From the NCBI GenBank assembly GCA_051362555.1, contig CM120641.1, positions 33,424,401 to 33,488,400 of the forward strand: a DNA stretch of 64,000 nt, given 5' to 3'. Positions 51,201 through 62,519 of this stretch are shown piece by piece. The notes under the pieces were generated by a model, which was not told the DNA's origin, did not search any database, and was given only the letters and a program-made list of their open reading frames with translations. The DNA comes from Lingula anatina (Eukaryota; Animalia; Brachiopoda). The position numbers were made by a program, and so were the translations under genes. Position 1 is the stretch's first letter; the number at the start of each line of letters is the position of its first letter.

Positions 51201-54200
51201 AATCATATTCACTGTCCCCTGTTCAACCTCTGTAGTCAGTCATCTTGACACAGTTTGAAAAGAACACAAGTGACGCCGCAAAAGTCTCACAATATCTGGA
51301 AGTCGAGTCAGTGGAATGAAAGACATATCTGGAAAACCTCTGCTTATGCTCGGGTTTTGTTCTTTGGCCTTTTCCAAAATTGTTATAGAGTTATGACAGG
51401 TGTCAGGAAAGAAAGATTAAAGGTAGGTGAATTGGGGAAAATGCCATTTACCTGGGATCATTTGTTAAATATTAATTTTAACACAAAAAAATCCGCCTTT
51501 GGGTACCTCTGACCATGATTACCATATTAACCATTTTCAAAGTATACCTCACTCTTGACAAGAGATAATATCACTTAAATTTAGATTTCTGCTTCAATTA
51601 ACAAACTTTATTTTTCATATTTTGTCTTGGATCAAAAATATCAATCATTTATTTTCTCAATAAGATGTCACTCCAACAGTTAAAAATGTTTTCCATCACA
51701 GAATGTCAGTTGTTCACCTGATCCAGTTGTGTGCTGTAATAAATCTTAGACCAGGACTCCTGGGAACATTTATTAAATCAAAATCCATCAAGCCTAAGTA
51801 GACACCAGGGAATTCGGCTCTTATCTATCAATTATATGAAAAATAATGGGTGGGCAGTCACAAGATATCCTACTTCAAGGCTCATTACATGCTTGTTTGC
51901 TCATTTTCCACTTAAAATGGTAGCTGTTTGAATATCCTCCCTCTGCATTTTAGCTCTTCGAGGCTCTTCCCCATTCTTTTTCCTAACAGTTCTACTTTAT
52001 GGTAACAGACTTCGAAAAACAACCTCAAAATATAATATGGCTTTCTCTACTAAAACACAAAATATCTCATCAAAAACCAAAATTAGAATTTCCAAAATTT
52101 CAATCTACAGTGGAAAATATGTGTCCATCAATGTGTAGAATTCATTGGTATTCAAATAATAATAATAATAATAATAAAAATAATAAGCCAATCCTAATTT
52201 TTCATGAAATAAAAGCTTGGTACCTGTCACCTGCCTCAAATGAAAATGTTGGTACAGATTGAAAAAACTGATTTATCAAAGAGCACTATTCCTGGAGCAA
52301 ATGCTTTAAATTCACAAAACTCTACAACCACATAGAGATAGTTTTCAAGTCCCTGTTGACTAAGACTTAATATCATGATAACTTTCTCTTTAATCCCTCT
52401 GGATAGACAGAAAACTGTACCATTTTGGACTTAATTATACACCATCACATTATTTTGTAATTAGAAAAACTTATGCTGTTCCCCAGTTCACTAAAAATCC
52501 CAAAGGCGCTTCCTTTGTGACGCTTTATTTTTAGGAGAATCTATTGAGAGAAAAGCTAAACCTTTACATGCTGCAGAAAACATCAGTTACAAAGCATGGA
52601 AAACACACCTACAATTTGAAAACATACAGTAATGAACTACAAAAACAACAATCACAAAACAAAATAAATTACCTTCAACACAGTTATGCCATTCAATACA
52701 ATGTATTAGTGTAAAAAACTGTCTACCACAAAAACATATAATGAATAAATTCTTTTTTTATTGCCCATCTATACCTTGGGCATGTACACTGAACATATTT
52801 ATTTTCTTCTAAAATACAATCAAATGAACTACAAAAACAACAATCACAAAACAAAATAAATTACCTTCAACACAGTTATGCCATTCAATACAATGTATTA
52901 GTGTAAAAAACTGTCTACCACAAAAACATATAATGAATAAATTCTTTTTTTATTGCCCATCTATACCTTGGGCATGTACACTGAACATATTTATTTTCTT
53001 CTAAAATACAATCAATCACAAAGTCATGATTCTAATTTTAAAGAAAAAACCAAGTTGAATTATGAGCACACACACAACCACACACATTAAACCAGCCATG
53101 CTTCTCTTCTTCAAATGAATATTATTTGTCACATGGCAAAGTTATGTATATTGGGTATTTATAACCAAATCTAATCACTGTCTGAGTATGTCATCACAGA
53201 ATATCACAATTACTTGCTGATGGCAATATTATCTTGTGTGTTTTATTCTAATTTGCAGCTCATGCTGTCATAAAATATAACAATCGCCGGTTCAAAGCTA
53301 CATCAGCCTGACCGTGTTGAAGTCTAACTTCTTAGTCCCAAGTGACTTATTTCTCTTTCCACTCACTTGATTCTGCACTGGCTGCCATGCTAAAGGTTAG
53401 TAGGTATCAGTCTTTTTTCTATTTTTTTTTTCATTGAGTGGTATGTTTTAATCCATATATAGATAATTGTTAACCCCTTTTCAAATTGAAAAAAAAAACA
53501 TCTGCCTTATGAAAATACGGAATATCCAAAACATTTTACAGAGAACCGCAAGTGCATGCTTATTTCAGACTACCATGCTGCATTTTTAAATTATATCTAT
53601 ACATCTAAAACAATTCAGTACCTGACTTATAGAAAAGTATCCATAAAATCAATGTATCTATTTGTTAAGACTGAACCTCCCACCTGATATATCACACACT
53701 GTCACATTAAGCACTATATCACAGTTAAAACACTAACACAAACAACGCCCTGACACACCTTATACACCATGTCACTCTTAACACACTGTCACTCTTTATC
53801 GCAATGACACTCTCAACACAATGTCACTCTTAACACAATGTCACTCTTAACAAAATGTCACTTTAAGCGCAATGTAGCTCTTAACAACACAATGTCACTC
53901 TTAATGCAATGTCACTCTTAACAACACAATGTCACTCTTAACAATGCAATATCACTCTTAACGCAATGTCACATCACATATCTTACCTGCCAACATGATC
54001 AAGTAGACCAGGTACATCCACTTCATAGACATTGGTTCCAGGAAGTTGAACAATGGGAACCTGCACTCAAATGAATCTCCAAATTTAGCATAAGCACTTG
54101 CTAATCCTCTCTCCTGGGGTATGTCCAGTACCATCAGGAATCCTGGCATATAAAGAAGAAGTATATTCAGATCAGAAATTACAAATGTGAATCTGTAATT

Positions 54201-57200
54201 TGGTCATCGATTTACAGAAAGTTCAACCAAGCAAGCCAAACCAACCAATCCCAACATTTTGGGGATTTGGGGTACAGGGAGTCCAAAATGTGAATCGGTA
54301 ATTTGGTCATCAATTAACAGGGAGTCCAACCACAGCAAGCCCAACCAACCAACTCCAAAATTTTGTAAGCTGCCCAGCTGTCCTTGAAAATATAGTTTTG
54401 TTTTGTTTTGTTTTGTTTTAATGGCTATCCAAATGGCAGCTGCACAGCTTTCTGCTCTGTTGGGGAAAGCCTTGTGGACTCATCTGAATCCTTGAATATG
54501 ACATAAAAATATATTCAAAACTGAAAAAACATTTGTGGACTCATCTCAACATTGGTAGAATAACATTATTCACTACTGACAGTTTTTCACAAAACAAAAT
54601 GGCTGATCCAGCCACCCCACCGCAAAAAAGACTCTCTGTGGACCACAGATTCATATTTTATACATTCTAAATTTCAACATGATTTAAATCTTGGGGGAAG
54701 TTGCATATTCTAAATATTTCTGAGCTGCCCCATCTTCATCTTATTTGAACAGTCTCAACAAAAAAAAAATAATAAAAAAACAGCTGTTACATAACGAACT
54801 CAATCATCATAACATAAAGAAAAGGTAATCGACCATCAGAACAAAAGACAGATCACTTTATCTCATATGAGAAAATGTATATGTTTGGAATTAACATCTC
54901 ATGAGATGCAAGTATTCAGATCTTGAAATCATTTGAATGATTAAATACTAACAAAGGCCAAATCATTCTGCTCAGATTGCGGTCTTTTCATTCCTGACAT
55001 GACATTATCTTATGACGTGATTGAAGCTGAGTAGTGGGTGGTGTGGCAGAAATATGAGAAATCCCAGGCAAACAAATAAAATACAGTCTATGTCTGTGCG
55101 TAGAAACATTTATCATATTTTCACTTATCATTCCTAATTATCACCTCTTAGTGTAAAAAATAATAAAAATGAAAGTTTTATAAACACAAAGAAAATCTGT
55201 GGAAAAAATGAGTTCTAAAAAAGAAATGTATTGAATCCAATCTTGGTCTACTTAACAAAAAATAAGCACAACTGATTGATTTTCAAAGCAATATCAGCTC
55301 AACACTAAATGCAGTTTCTTGTTCAACATAATTCTGAAAAAAGATCACTACGTATTTGACAAAGTCAATAAGACATTCATGACAAAATGTGCAAAACATT
55401 TCAAGGGCAGACAGGAGACATTGCTAAATAATCACTTAGGTAAGTCCTCTACCTCAAGACTTGGTGTGAAGATTTCTGATCAATAAAAATGATGAACTGC
55501 TAAGTAATTGCAATCTGCTACACAGGCAATACCACTATAGTTGATAAACGAGATGTTATTTAAACCCAGTACAAAAATGCCTAAGAGCAATTATTTATCA
55601 CCCCTTCATAAGTCTGAGTGGGCAATCAATGATTGGGAAAGATGAAATTTTAAGGCGGATGCCTTGATATTGAGGCCTGAACTCTTTGTAAGTTTGGTTT
55701 TAAGACTTTTAAGACTTGCAAAAGTACAGACATTCTGGGTTCATATTGTAAAAGGGCTGTTGATAACATAATGACACAATGGCTATAGTTTGTATACATG
55801 CCATCATGTACAATATCGTGCATTAAGCTGCTCCCCCTTTTCCCATAAAAAAAGAACAACACTGGGCAAAAGAAAAAAAAAATTATCACATCTTTATTAG
55901 GAAAAAAAAGGTTCTTGGCTTTTAAGAGAAGCAAACATCTAGCTGAACCTAATTATGGCTTTTTGATGTGAAGTCTATTATAAAGCCATTATCTTATCCA
56001 CGTGTTAAATCTATCTTGTAAAATTATTTGTCCAAAACAGACTGGATGTGGGTAGACTTTGTCGCACTTTGTCATGGAGACCCCCAAAAAATTAATTTCT
56101 TTAAAGTAAATCACATCAATTTATTTTAGCCTAAATTAAGAAAACTACTATTGATTCATGACTAAAGATAAAAATAAAATGTCTTCTCTTTAAAAAAATC
56201 ATATGAAACATAACAAACAAATCTGATTTTTTATATCTGACCATAACATGGGGGTAAAGCGCTGTGACCTCTACACTGGGCTGCAAAATGTATTTTTACT
56301 TCTTGGACAAAACCCAATGTGTAACACATAAATACTCTCAAAACCTCTCACCATGGTGATGAGATTAAATTTGTTTGAAACATACCAAAGTTTTTTTTTT
56401 TTTTTTTATCTTCTCTGCGTGTACACTGATGGTTTCAGGTGTAAAATGTGTCAGTACGTATAAATTCTTTTTTTTTTTCAATGGCAGCATTACACATGCA
56501 TGACCTTGTTTGTAAACATACGTGCATGTAAGCATGGATTTTTTGTGCAGTTCTGTAATTTGGGCATTCAACATGCATAATCACCAAATGAATCCTTGAC
56601 TCTACAAACCCTCATTTACCACAGTTGACCTCCAAGCACAGATTTCTGGGGCAAGCAGAGGAGTGGGAAATTTAATAAGGGTTTCATGACAGTTCTCCCA
56701 CTGGTAGACCTAATAAGAACCTTCAACAGAAACCTTGTGGCTCTTGAAACCTTGTGGCACAGACAACAACTCTGCTAAAATACAATGCACAGATCTTACA
56801 AACATCCTGACCAATTTGAATTTAACCTTAAAAGCATCCATGACAAAGTGAATCATTAACTAGAGAATTAAGCCTGACGGTAATCCATGATGTGTAGTTT
56901 GTGGGCTGTGAGAAGTAATTACCATATCCTGTCAAGACTATAATAGACTATAATGTTGTGCCGTGTTCCACTGTATTAGATCACTATACTGTATGAGATT
57001 AGCTGGCGGCGGATGAGTTGCAGACGTGACCAAGATAAGAAATGAGACAGCAAGATCAAGGAAGAACAGAAAAGCAAATACAGTAAAGCATTTAAAAGAA
57101 CTCAACTGATACATTGTATCTTCTATGAAAGAAAAGCATTATATAAATTAAGGGGCCCGCACACGGTGAGCATTTGGCGTGTGCCACTTGCGCAGCGCCG

Positions 57201-59630
57201 TTTTCTCATCGTGTGCAGGGCTATTTTGGTGAGATTTTTGCCTCTCGCACGGCTGAGCAAAATATCTCATGTGTTTGATATTTTTGGTCTCTTGAGGCAA
57301 ATGTCTCAGCGTATGCGGGGTGCAAGCGCCGATTGCTCACGCCATGCCAACAATGCGCATGTGCCGGTAGCCGGAAACAAAGAAAAATGGCAGCCTCCAG
57401 CGAAGTAAACAAAAATGTACACAGTTATAGTTAGTCTGATTGCCATTATTTTCAGAAAAAAATAAATATGTAATGTTTCCTTAATCACATGATCCCACAG
57501 TTCGCGGTGCGTCCAATAGGGGCAGGCCGGGAGGCATCTCTGCTGAGCAAAGAGCGCATCGTTTGCGGGGAGCTGAGGAGCGTGAGCATCTGGCGCAGCA
57601 ACAAGTGGCGCGCGCCGAATGCTCACCGTGTGCAGGCCCCTTAAGGTTTCTTAAAATATAAAGCACAAAATCAGTTAATTGATTCTCCCCAATCAAGGTT
57701 TTAATACTGGCATTCTCTGCAATGAACCCTGTAATCTATTTATGACTTTCAGATTATTTTGCATTTTAAAGGGTTTTTCAAGTTACTATGTGACTTAAAC
57801 TGTAAAAACAGTACTTTATTATATCTCGGTCATGTCTAACCTGACCCATTAAAAATACAACCATTTCTGTCACATACACTGTAGCTTAATATTTACCTTC
57901 ATACAAATTTAAGAGACACAGTTACTGCATAAGCAGAGATGCCTAAAGACTGTACTGTGGTAATCATTTGATATTAAGCTTAACTGCCTAAAATGCAGAA
58001 TTACCATTTATCACAATGATATTTACTATTTTGTCTGTTTTTTTGTCTTCTTATAGATGACGAATGGTAAGAAAGTCCAGTAACAGAAGATAAAAAGAAG
58101 AAACCCAGGTCATTTTGTTCAAATATAGAGTGATCTGTACAAATGAAATGAAAAGAAGATGTGACACTTTCAAGATGGGAATCAACCAAGAGGACATCAT
58201 CACTAAGGCTTCGTGCCACAATCTTAAATCAAAGTACGAAGAACTTAAGTGCTTTATGTGCTTCAGTTAACATGCCTGATCATTCATCAATCCATATAGA
58301 TCCCAGCATTAGAAATAAGATTAGCCTGACTACCACCATATGGCCATTCATTCACAGAAATTATTTCCTTAATAATCTCCATTTCAGATCCTAATCCAAA
58401 TACTCAATAAACTACATCCTTGGGAATATTTCAAAGAAAATCCTTAGAATTTAAACACCTCTGAATGGAAATTATTGATTTAGAAGAAGTGCTCCTAGAA
58501 ATAACCTGCGATAATAACCACATTCAAGGACTCCAATTCCTTGCAGAGAGTGACAGACCATTTCACTGGAATCTGTGAACAGTAGTTTCTGTGTTTGATT
58601 ATTTGGTCATGCCAACATGAAAAAATAACCACCTGGGCTACATGTGAACCTTTTGGGCCACAGTAATCTTCTTAACCTTTTTAATAGTAACTTGTGCCTC
58701 ATGTGATAATGTGGAGGACCTGTTGGGTTTCTTTATAAAACAAAGCATTTAAAAACCATCAAACACTGCTCCAATGACGCCTTCAAAACAATTTTTTTTT
58801 TTTATCAAAAAGTGAATTTACAAAAATATATATATATAAATGGTTCCTGCATAGAACTGTAAATTTTTAAAAACAACTTTCAAAAAAGAATTCATTGTAC
58901 TTTTAGCATCAAGCAAATATTACAGTTCAGCTAAAAAAAATTCTGAGTGAGCATGATCTTTACAGTCATGAAGCTGTATATTGATGTACAAATTTAAAAA
59001 GATCATGATTCCAACACATGATATTACAACATGTTACACAATATATCTAAGATTTCAACATGATACCACAAATATAGCAAGGATTTCCACAATTTTTTTG
59101 TTGTAGAATTAGTTCTCTGTAAAACTGCTGTTGGTTGTTTGCTTTTCTATTTTTGTTTGCTTGATATTTTTTTCTTTCTTTTTTCCTTATTTCATTCTTT
59201 ATAATTGCTGTTTTGTTTGTTTCCTTTTTTTTTTTTTTTTTGCTTGTTTGTTTTTATTTTTCCCTTTTTTTCTTTTTTTGTTGTTGCGTTTCTTGTCACA
59301 ATAAAACTCATGTCTGGAAACACAAACATGGCACAGAAACTCTTCAATAATTGTAAATCACTTAAAAAATATCAGCAAATAACAGATATCAAATTCAGTA
59401 ACTTTTACAGAAATATTTAAGAAAAAATTTTTTATGTTTATCAAATATTTTCAGATATAAAAATTCTACATCTCACCATATAAAGCTCGTACCAGCCCAA
59501 GAAGGGCAGGGTCTGAAGGGCGACTGAGAAGTCGAACGAAGGCATTCCAGCTACTGATGTCTTCCCAGGTGAAGCCCAGCAGTTTTTTCATCTTGTCCTC
59601 TTTGCCCACTTCTTCCTTTGATTTCTTCAT
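38137..59630 (-). CDS. GGCX: Vitamin K-dependent gamma-glutamyl carboxylase; 15 coding exons, 750 aa
   Basis: Exons (5'->3'): 59630-59477, 54142-53987, 50139-49974, 49416-49338, 46732-46626, 46100-45937, 45520-45351, 44050-43847, 43692-43561, 43179-43028, 42249-42068, 41677-41547, 40301-40154, 39814-39637, 38266-38137. Total 2253 nt with consistent phases. Diagnostic motifs: [56 protein letters not shown] (catalytic Lys), [72 protein letters not shown]. Confidence 0.97.
38434..38586. mobile_element. PIF/Harbinger-type MITE (153 bp)
   Basis: TIRs GGCTTCGTTCACATG / CATGTGAATGAAGCC (1 mismatch), flanked by TAA on both sides, with a CpG-rich interior. It lies in the last GGCX intron. Confidence 0.8.
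39340..39577. mobile_element. Older copy of the MITE family at 37479-37703, in the opposite orientation
   Basis: Aligns by eye to the reverse complement of 37479-37703 (shared CTAAATTGC, TAGTTAATTAC..CAGCTT..GTAGGC..GACAGAC, GATAG.TCGATCTAAAAT..GGGTC). Has an internal inverted repeat; the TSD is not clear. Confidence 0.6.
42375..42648. repeat. Minisatellite, 31-bp unit TGTGTTAGGTGTGACAGTGTGATAGATGGAA, 8 full copies plus a partial copy
   Basis: Contiguous near-identical units with no spacers, in the GGCX intron between coding exons 10 and 11. Confidence 0.95.
45245..45292. repeat. (CT)n microsatellite
   Basis: About 23 perfect dinucleotide units. Confidence 0.95.
46459..46592. repeat. Minisatellite, 17-bp unit TGTCACACCTAACACA(A/C), ~8 copies
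   Basis: Tandem units directly visible. The unit is the reverse complement of the core of the 42.4 kb minisatellite. Confidence 0.9.
52631..53014. repeat. Apparently perfect tandem duplication, 2 x 192 bp
   Basis: 52631-52822 and 52823-53014 read identically (AATGAACTACAAAAACAAC...CTAAAATACAATCA). Confidence 0.95.
53690..53978. repeat. Degenerate minisatellite, ~17-bp unit TGTCACTCTTAACACAA
   Basis: More than 10 degenerate tandem units start directly after the GGCX coding exon 2 donor. Related to the 46.5 kb unit. Confidence 0.85.
54183..54362. repeat. Diverged direct duplication (~75-bp core, ~103-bp period)
   Basis: AAATGTGAATCTGTAATTTGGTCATCGATTTACAG...CAACCAACCAA versus AAATGTGAATCGGTAATTTGGTCATCAATTAACAG...CAACCAACCAA. 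Confidence 0.8.
57152..57640. mobile_element. GC-rich MITE (489 bp) with TTAA flanks (Kolobok- or Harbinger-like)
   Basis: TIR of ~50 bp: GGGGCCCGCACACGGTGAGCATT... / ...AATGCTCACCGTGTGCAGGCCCC. TTAA on both sides and a sharp GC/CpG contrast with the flanks. No transposase ORF. Confidence 0.9.
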
Positions 59631-60041
59631 TTTACTGTGGAACAGAAATCAATATCTGTGTCTTTAATTGTGCACACAAAGTTCAGGAAATAGCAACCCA
59701 ACTGGTGGTTATTATGGCTGCTAGTTGCTTGTGCTATCACACAAACTAATGGTCCTCACGCAATATCTTAGCAGATACTGATTAGGATATTAGCTACAGT
59801 AGCTGCAATTTTCTTTCTAGGCAGGATATATGGGGTTAATGGACAAAGAAGGATTGTTCATGGTTATGAAAATACATTGGTATCTTTTGTAGTATTCTGC
59901 TTGAATGAAGATTAATGAATGGTAAGAATCGAACAGAACAATCTTTCATCTCATCAAAATTCAATGACAAATGCAATTCAAATGACATTCAAAAACAAAT
60001 GCTACTTTATCTATTATATGAAAAAATACTATAAATACCCG

Positions 60042-60044
<3 letters not shown>

Positions 60045-60075
<31 letters not shown>

Positions 60076-60082
60076 TCTCTCT
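60045..60082. repeat. (CT)n microsatellite
   Basis: Directly visible. Confidence 0.9.
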
Positions 60083-61008
60083 ACACATGGGATCAATTAA
60101 TCCAATGTTTCATTACACTTCAAGCCAGTTACAAAAAGCACTTTAAAATCAATAATGCAATAGTCTCAAAATGTTGACTTTGTAACCAATATCTGTCCTA
60201 TTAATCATATTACCTTACGACATAATAAGCTAAGCTGTGTGATAATACATCTAAGGACAGACAGTGGCTGTCATAATAATTTGCAATTAAAATAAAATAA
60301 AAGAATTGTAAACATGTCTAGTTTCATACAAATAACACTCATTAATAATAAACAAAAAATTTGTTAATAAAAAAATAGTATATTTATACATATATATATA
60401 TAATTCATACATATAGCCTGAGTCCTACATGTAGCATTGTGGACCATGGATAGCATAGTAACAATAACATTATATGACAACGATTAAATCATTCCGAGTA
60501 AGTGAAAGAAAAATCAATGTTCAACAGGACACCTTTTTCTGTCATAATTACCCAAGCCAAGGTCATCATGTGTGAAACAGAATTGCACAACACAAAACAA
60601 GCGCCTCCAACACTATGCAGGACGTGGCACTATCAATAATACTAAACATCCTGGTTGTGGCTGGCGATTACCAGAGAATCCGGGTTCACAACTCTCCCAC
60701 CCCCTCCCTCAAATCCGGGGTCCGACGCCCCACTCATTGAATTTTAACATTCTCAGACTACACTCATTCACAAAAATAGCAGTCGATCAATTCCTCCGAT
60801 TAGTTACGTACGCATACATGGAATAAACTGCAGAAAAAATGCAGTGTGTTCTCGATCGAAGCAGTTGAGTTAATCCACATGTAAAAAGTAGTAACACATG
60901 TGAAGGCTACACGTAAATTCGGCAGCACCTATCACCTCTCCATCAACATTTCTGAAACTCTTTAACTCTTAGAATACCTCAGTCTCTTTGTTGGTTGTCA
61001 GAACTTAC

Positions 61009-61100
61009 CCGCTAGTAACTTGACCACAGTTGATCTGGCGCGTATTGCGACAGTTATGACATTATAGCTACAAGGTTGTGTACAAACATTCCGCTTCCCT
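61009..61100 (-). promoter_or_regulatory. Probable GGCX promoter and non-coding first exon
   Basis: Donor CGG|GTAAGT at 61009/61008. Tandem ETS-like GGAAGCGGAA at ~61089-61098. CpG-rich island at ~60600-61260. It would splice to the acceptor at 59635, 4 nt before the ATG. Confidence 0.6.
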
Positions 61101-62519
61101 CAGCTGAGTGCCTGCTTTTAATCTCCAAATACAAAAGACCACGTGGAAACCGGCGACCTCTTACGGTCATAACATTAGTTATCATAAGTTTTAGTGGATG
61201 TAGACTTTTCACATTTAATGAAAGGAGTTTTCGGCGGATTTGTCAAATATCGCATCATGTGGAATTTTAATGTTTCAAATAAAAATAAGTTATGTGTTCA
61301 GTAAATGAAAGTAACCCGAGTGTATTTTTTTCTGCTTTTCATGGTTTAATTATTCTAAAAAATAAGTTATTTAAAAATCCCCTGTGCTAATACATGTTAT
61401 GTGTAAAACACAGAAAATAATTTGACTTTTAATTTTATATTTTATTCCATTTTTTAGTGGAGAATATATTAAAGATTTCTAGTGTAAGATATTTTGTTAT
61501 ATCTACAAGTATAACAATATAATTATGTTCTATTTTGGTTCAATAAGAATTCTTTTAAGAAACTAACATAAATCTATCCCTCAATTTTTTATATCTAAAA
61601 TGCATCACAGACAAACGTGTTGAAAATTACACAAGAAGATATTAAAATTAAACAGTAACAACTGCAAGTTACATTTTCATATGGGTATAATTGGTCATGT
61701 CATGTCATGTCATGACCTAATGTTTACTTATAAATCAAATAAACTGTGCAATGTTCTCACTGTTGTATCATAACTCTATAATTCACATTCATATACATTT
61801 ATCTTTAAAAGCACTTGGCAGAATGTATCCAATTACAGGCATTTCATTACCTGCAATTACACTATATTAAACATCTTTAAATGAAAATATCAAGGTATAG
61901 GGGCTTAATTATCTACACAACCGGACCCATTCAACAAATTTTGATAACACTTTCAATACTTAACTCCACATAGTATTTTCCATTAACTTTAAAACATTGA
62001 CAAAACATTAACATTTTTGTTTTGCCAACTGATTTGTACTCATCTATCACAATTATAAACCTTCATTGGTGATCTATTTTTCATGTTGTTTAACAGAAAT
62101 GAAGCCTATCTTAAACATGGTATATCTAAGTCATATACAAGTTATCAATAACAAAACTTTTTGCAAAGGAAATTAGCCACATTTCCTTGAATCATCTTCT
62201 TTTTAAATTCTAGTATCACACCAAACATCTTGCAATTTGTTAAGTACTGAGTAGTTCTCACCAAATAGTTGTCATACTGCCTGGAAAGGAAACTATGAAT
62301 TCATTTGGCATGTCTAGTAGTGGTCAACAATTTCTACTAGACAATATAAAGGAAACATATTCATCCTCCTTTGTGTGCTGCAAATTTACTACGAGTTTTC
62401 CACAATATATATGATTTATAGTTGAATAAACCTGCACGGTGGCTACAACGATGATAAAAAGTAGACTAAAGTTTATCTTTATTAATCCATCATCATGACA
62501 ACATTAATCAACAAATCCA

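Noticed and set aside
57166-57696. Overlapping ORFs that might be a transposase or small gene
   Set aside because: They arise from the GC-rich palindromic MITE; there is no DDE motif and they are too short.
60531-60580. Possible coding first exon of GGCX (ATG ACA GAA AAA G|GTGTCC)
   Set aside because: Weak donor, and phase 1 is incompatible with the frame of the next exon (T AAA ATG needs phase 2).
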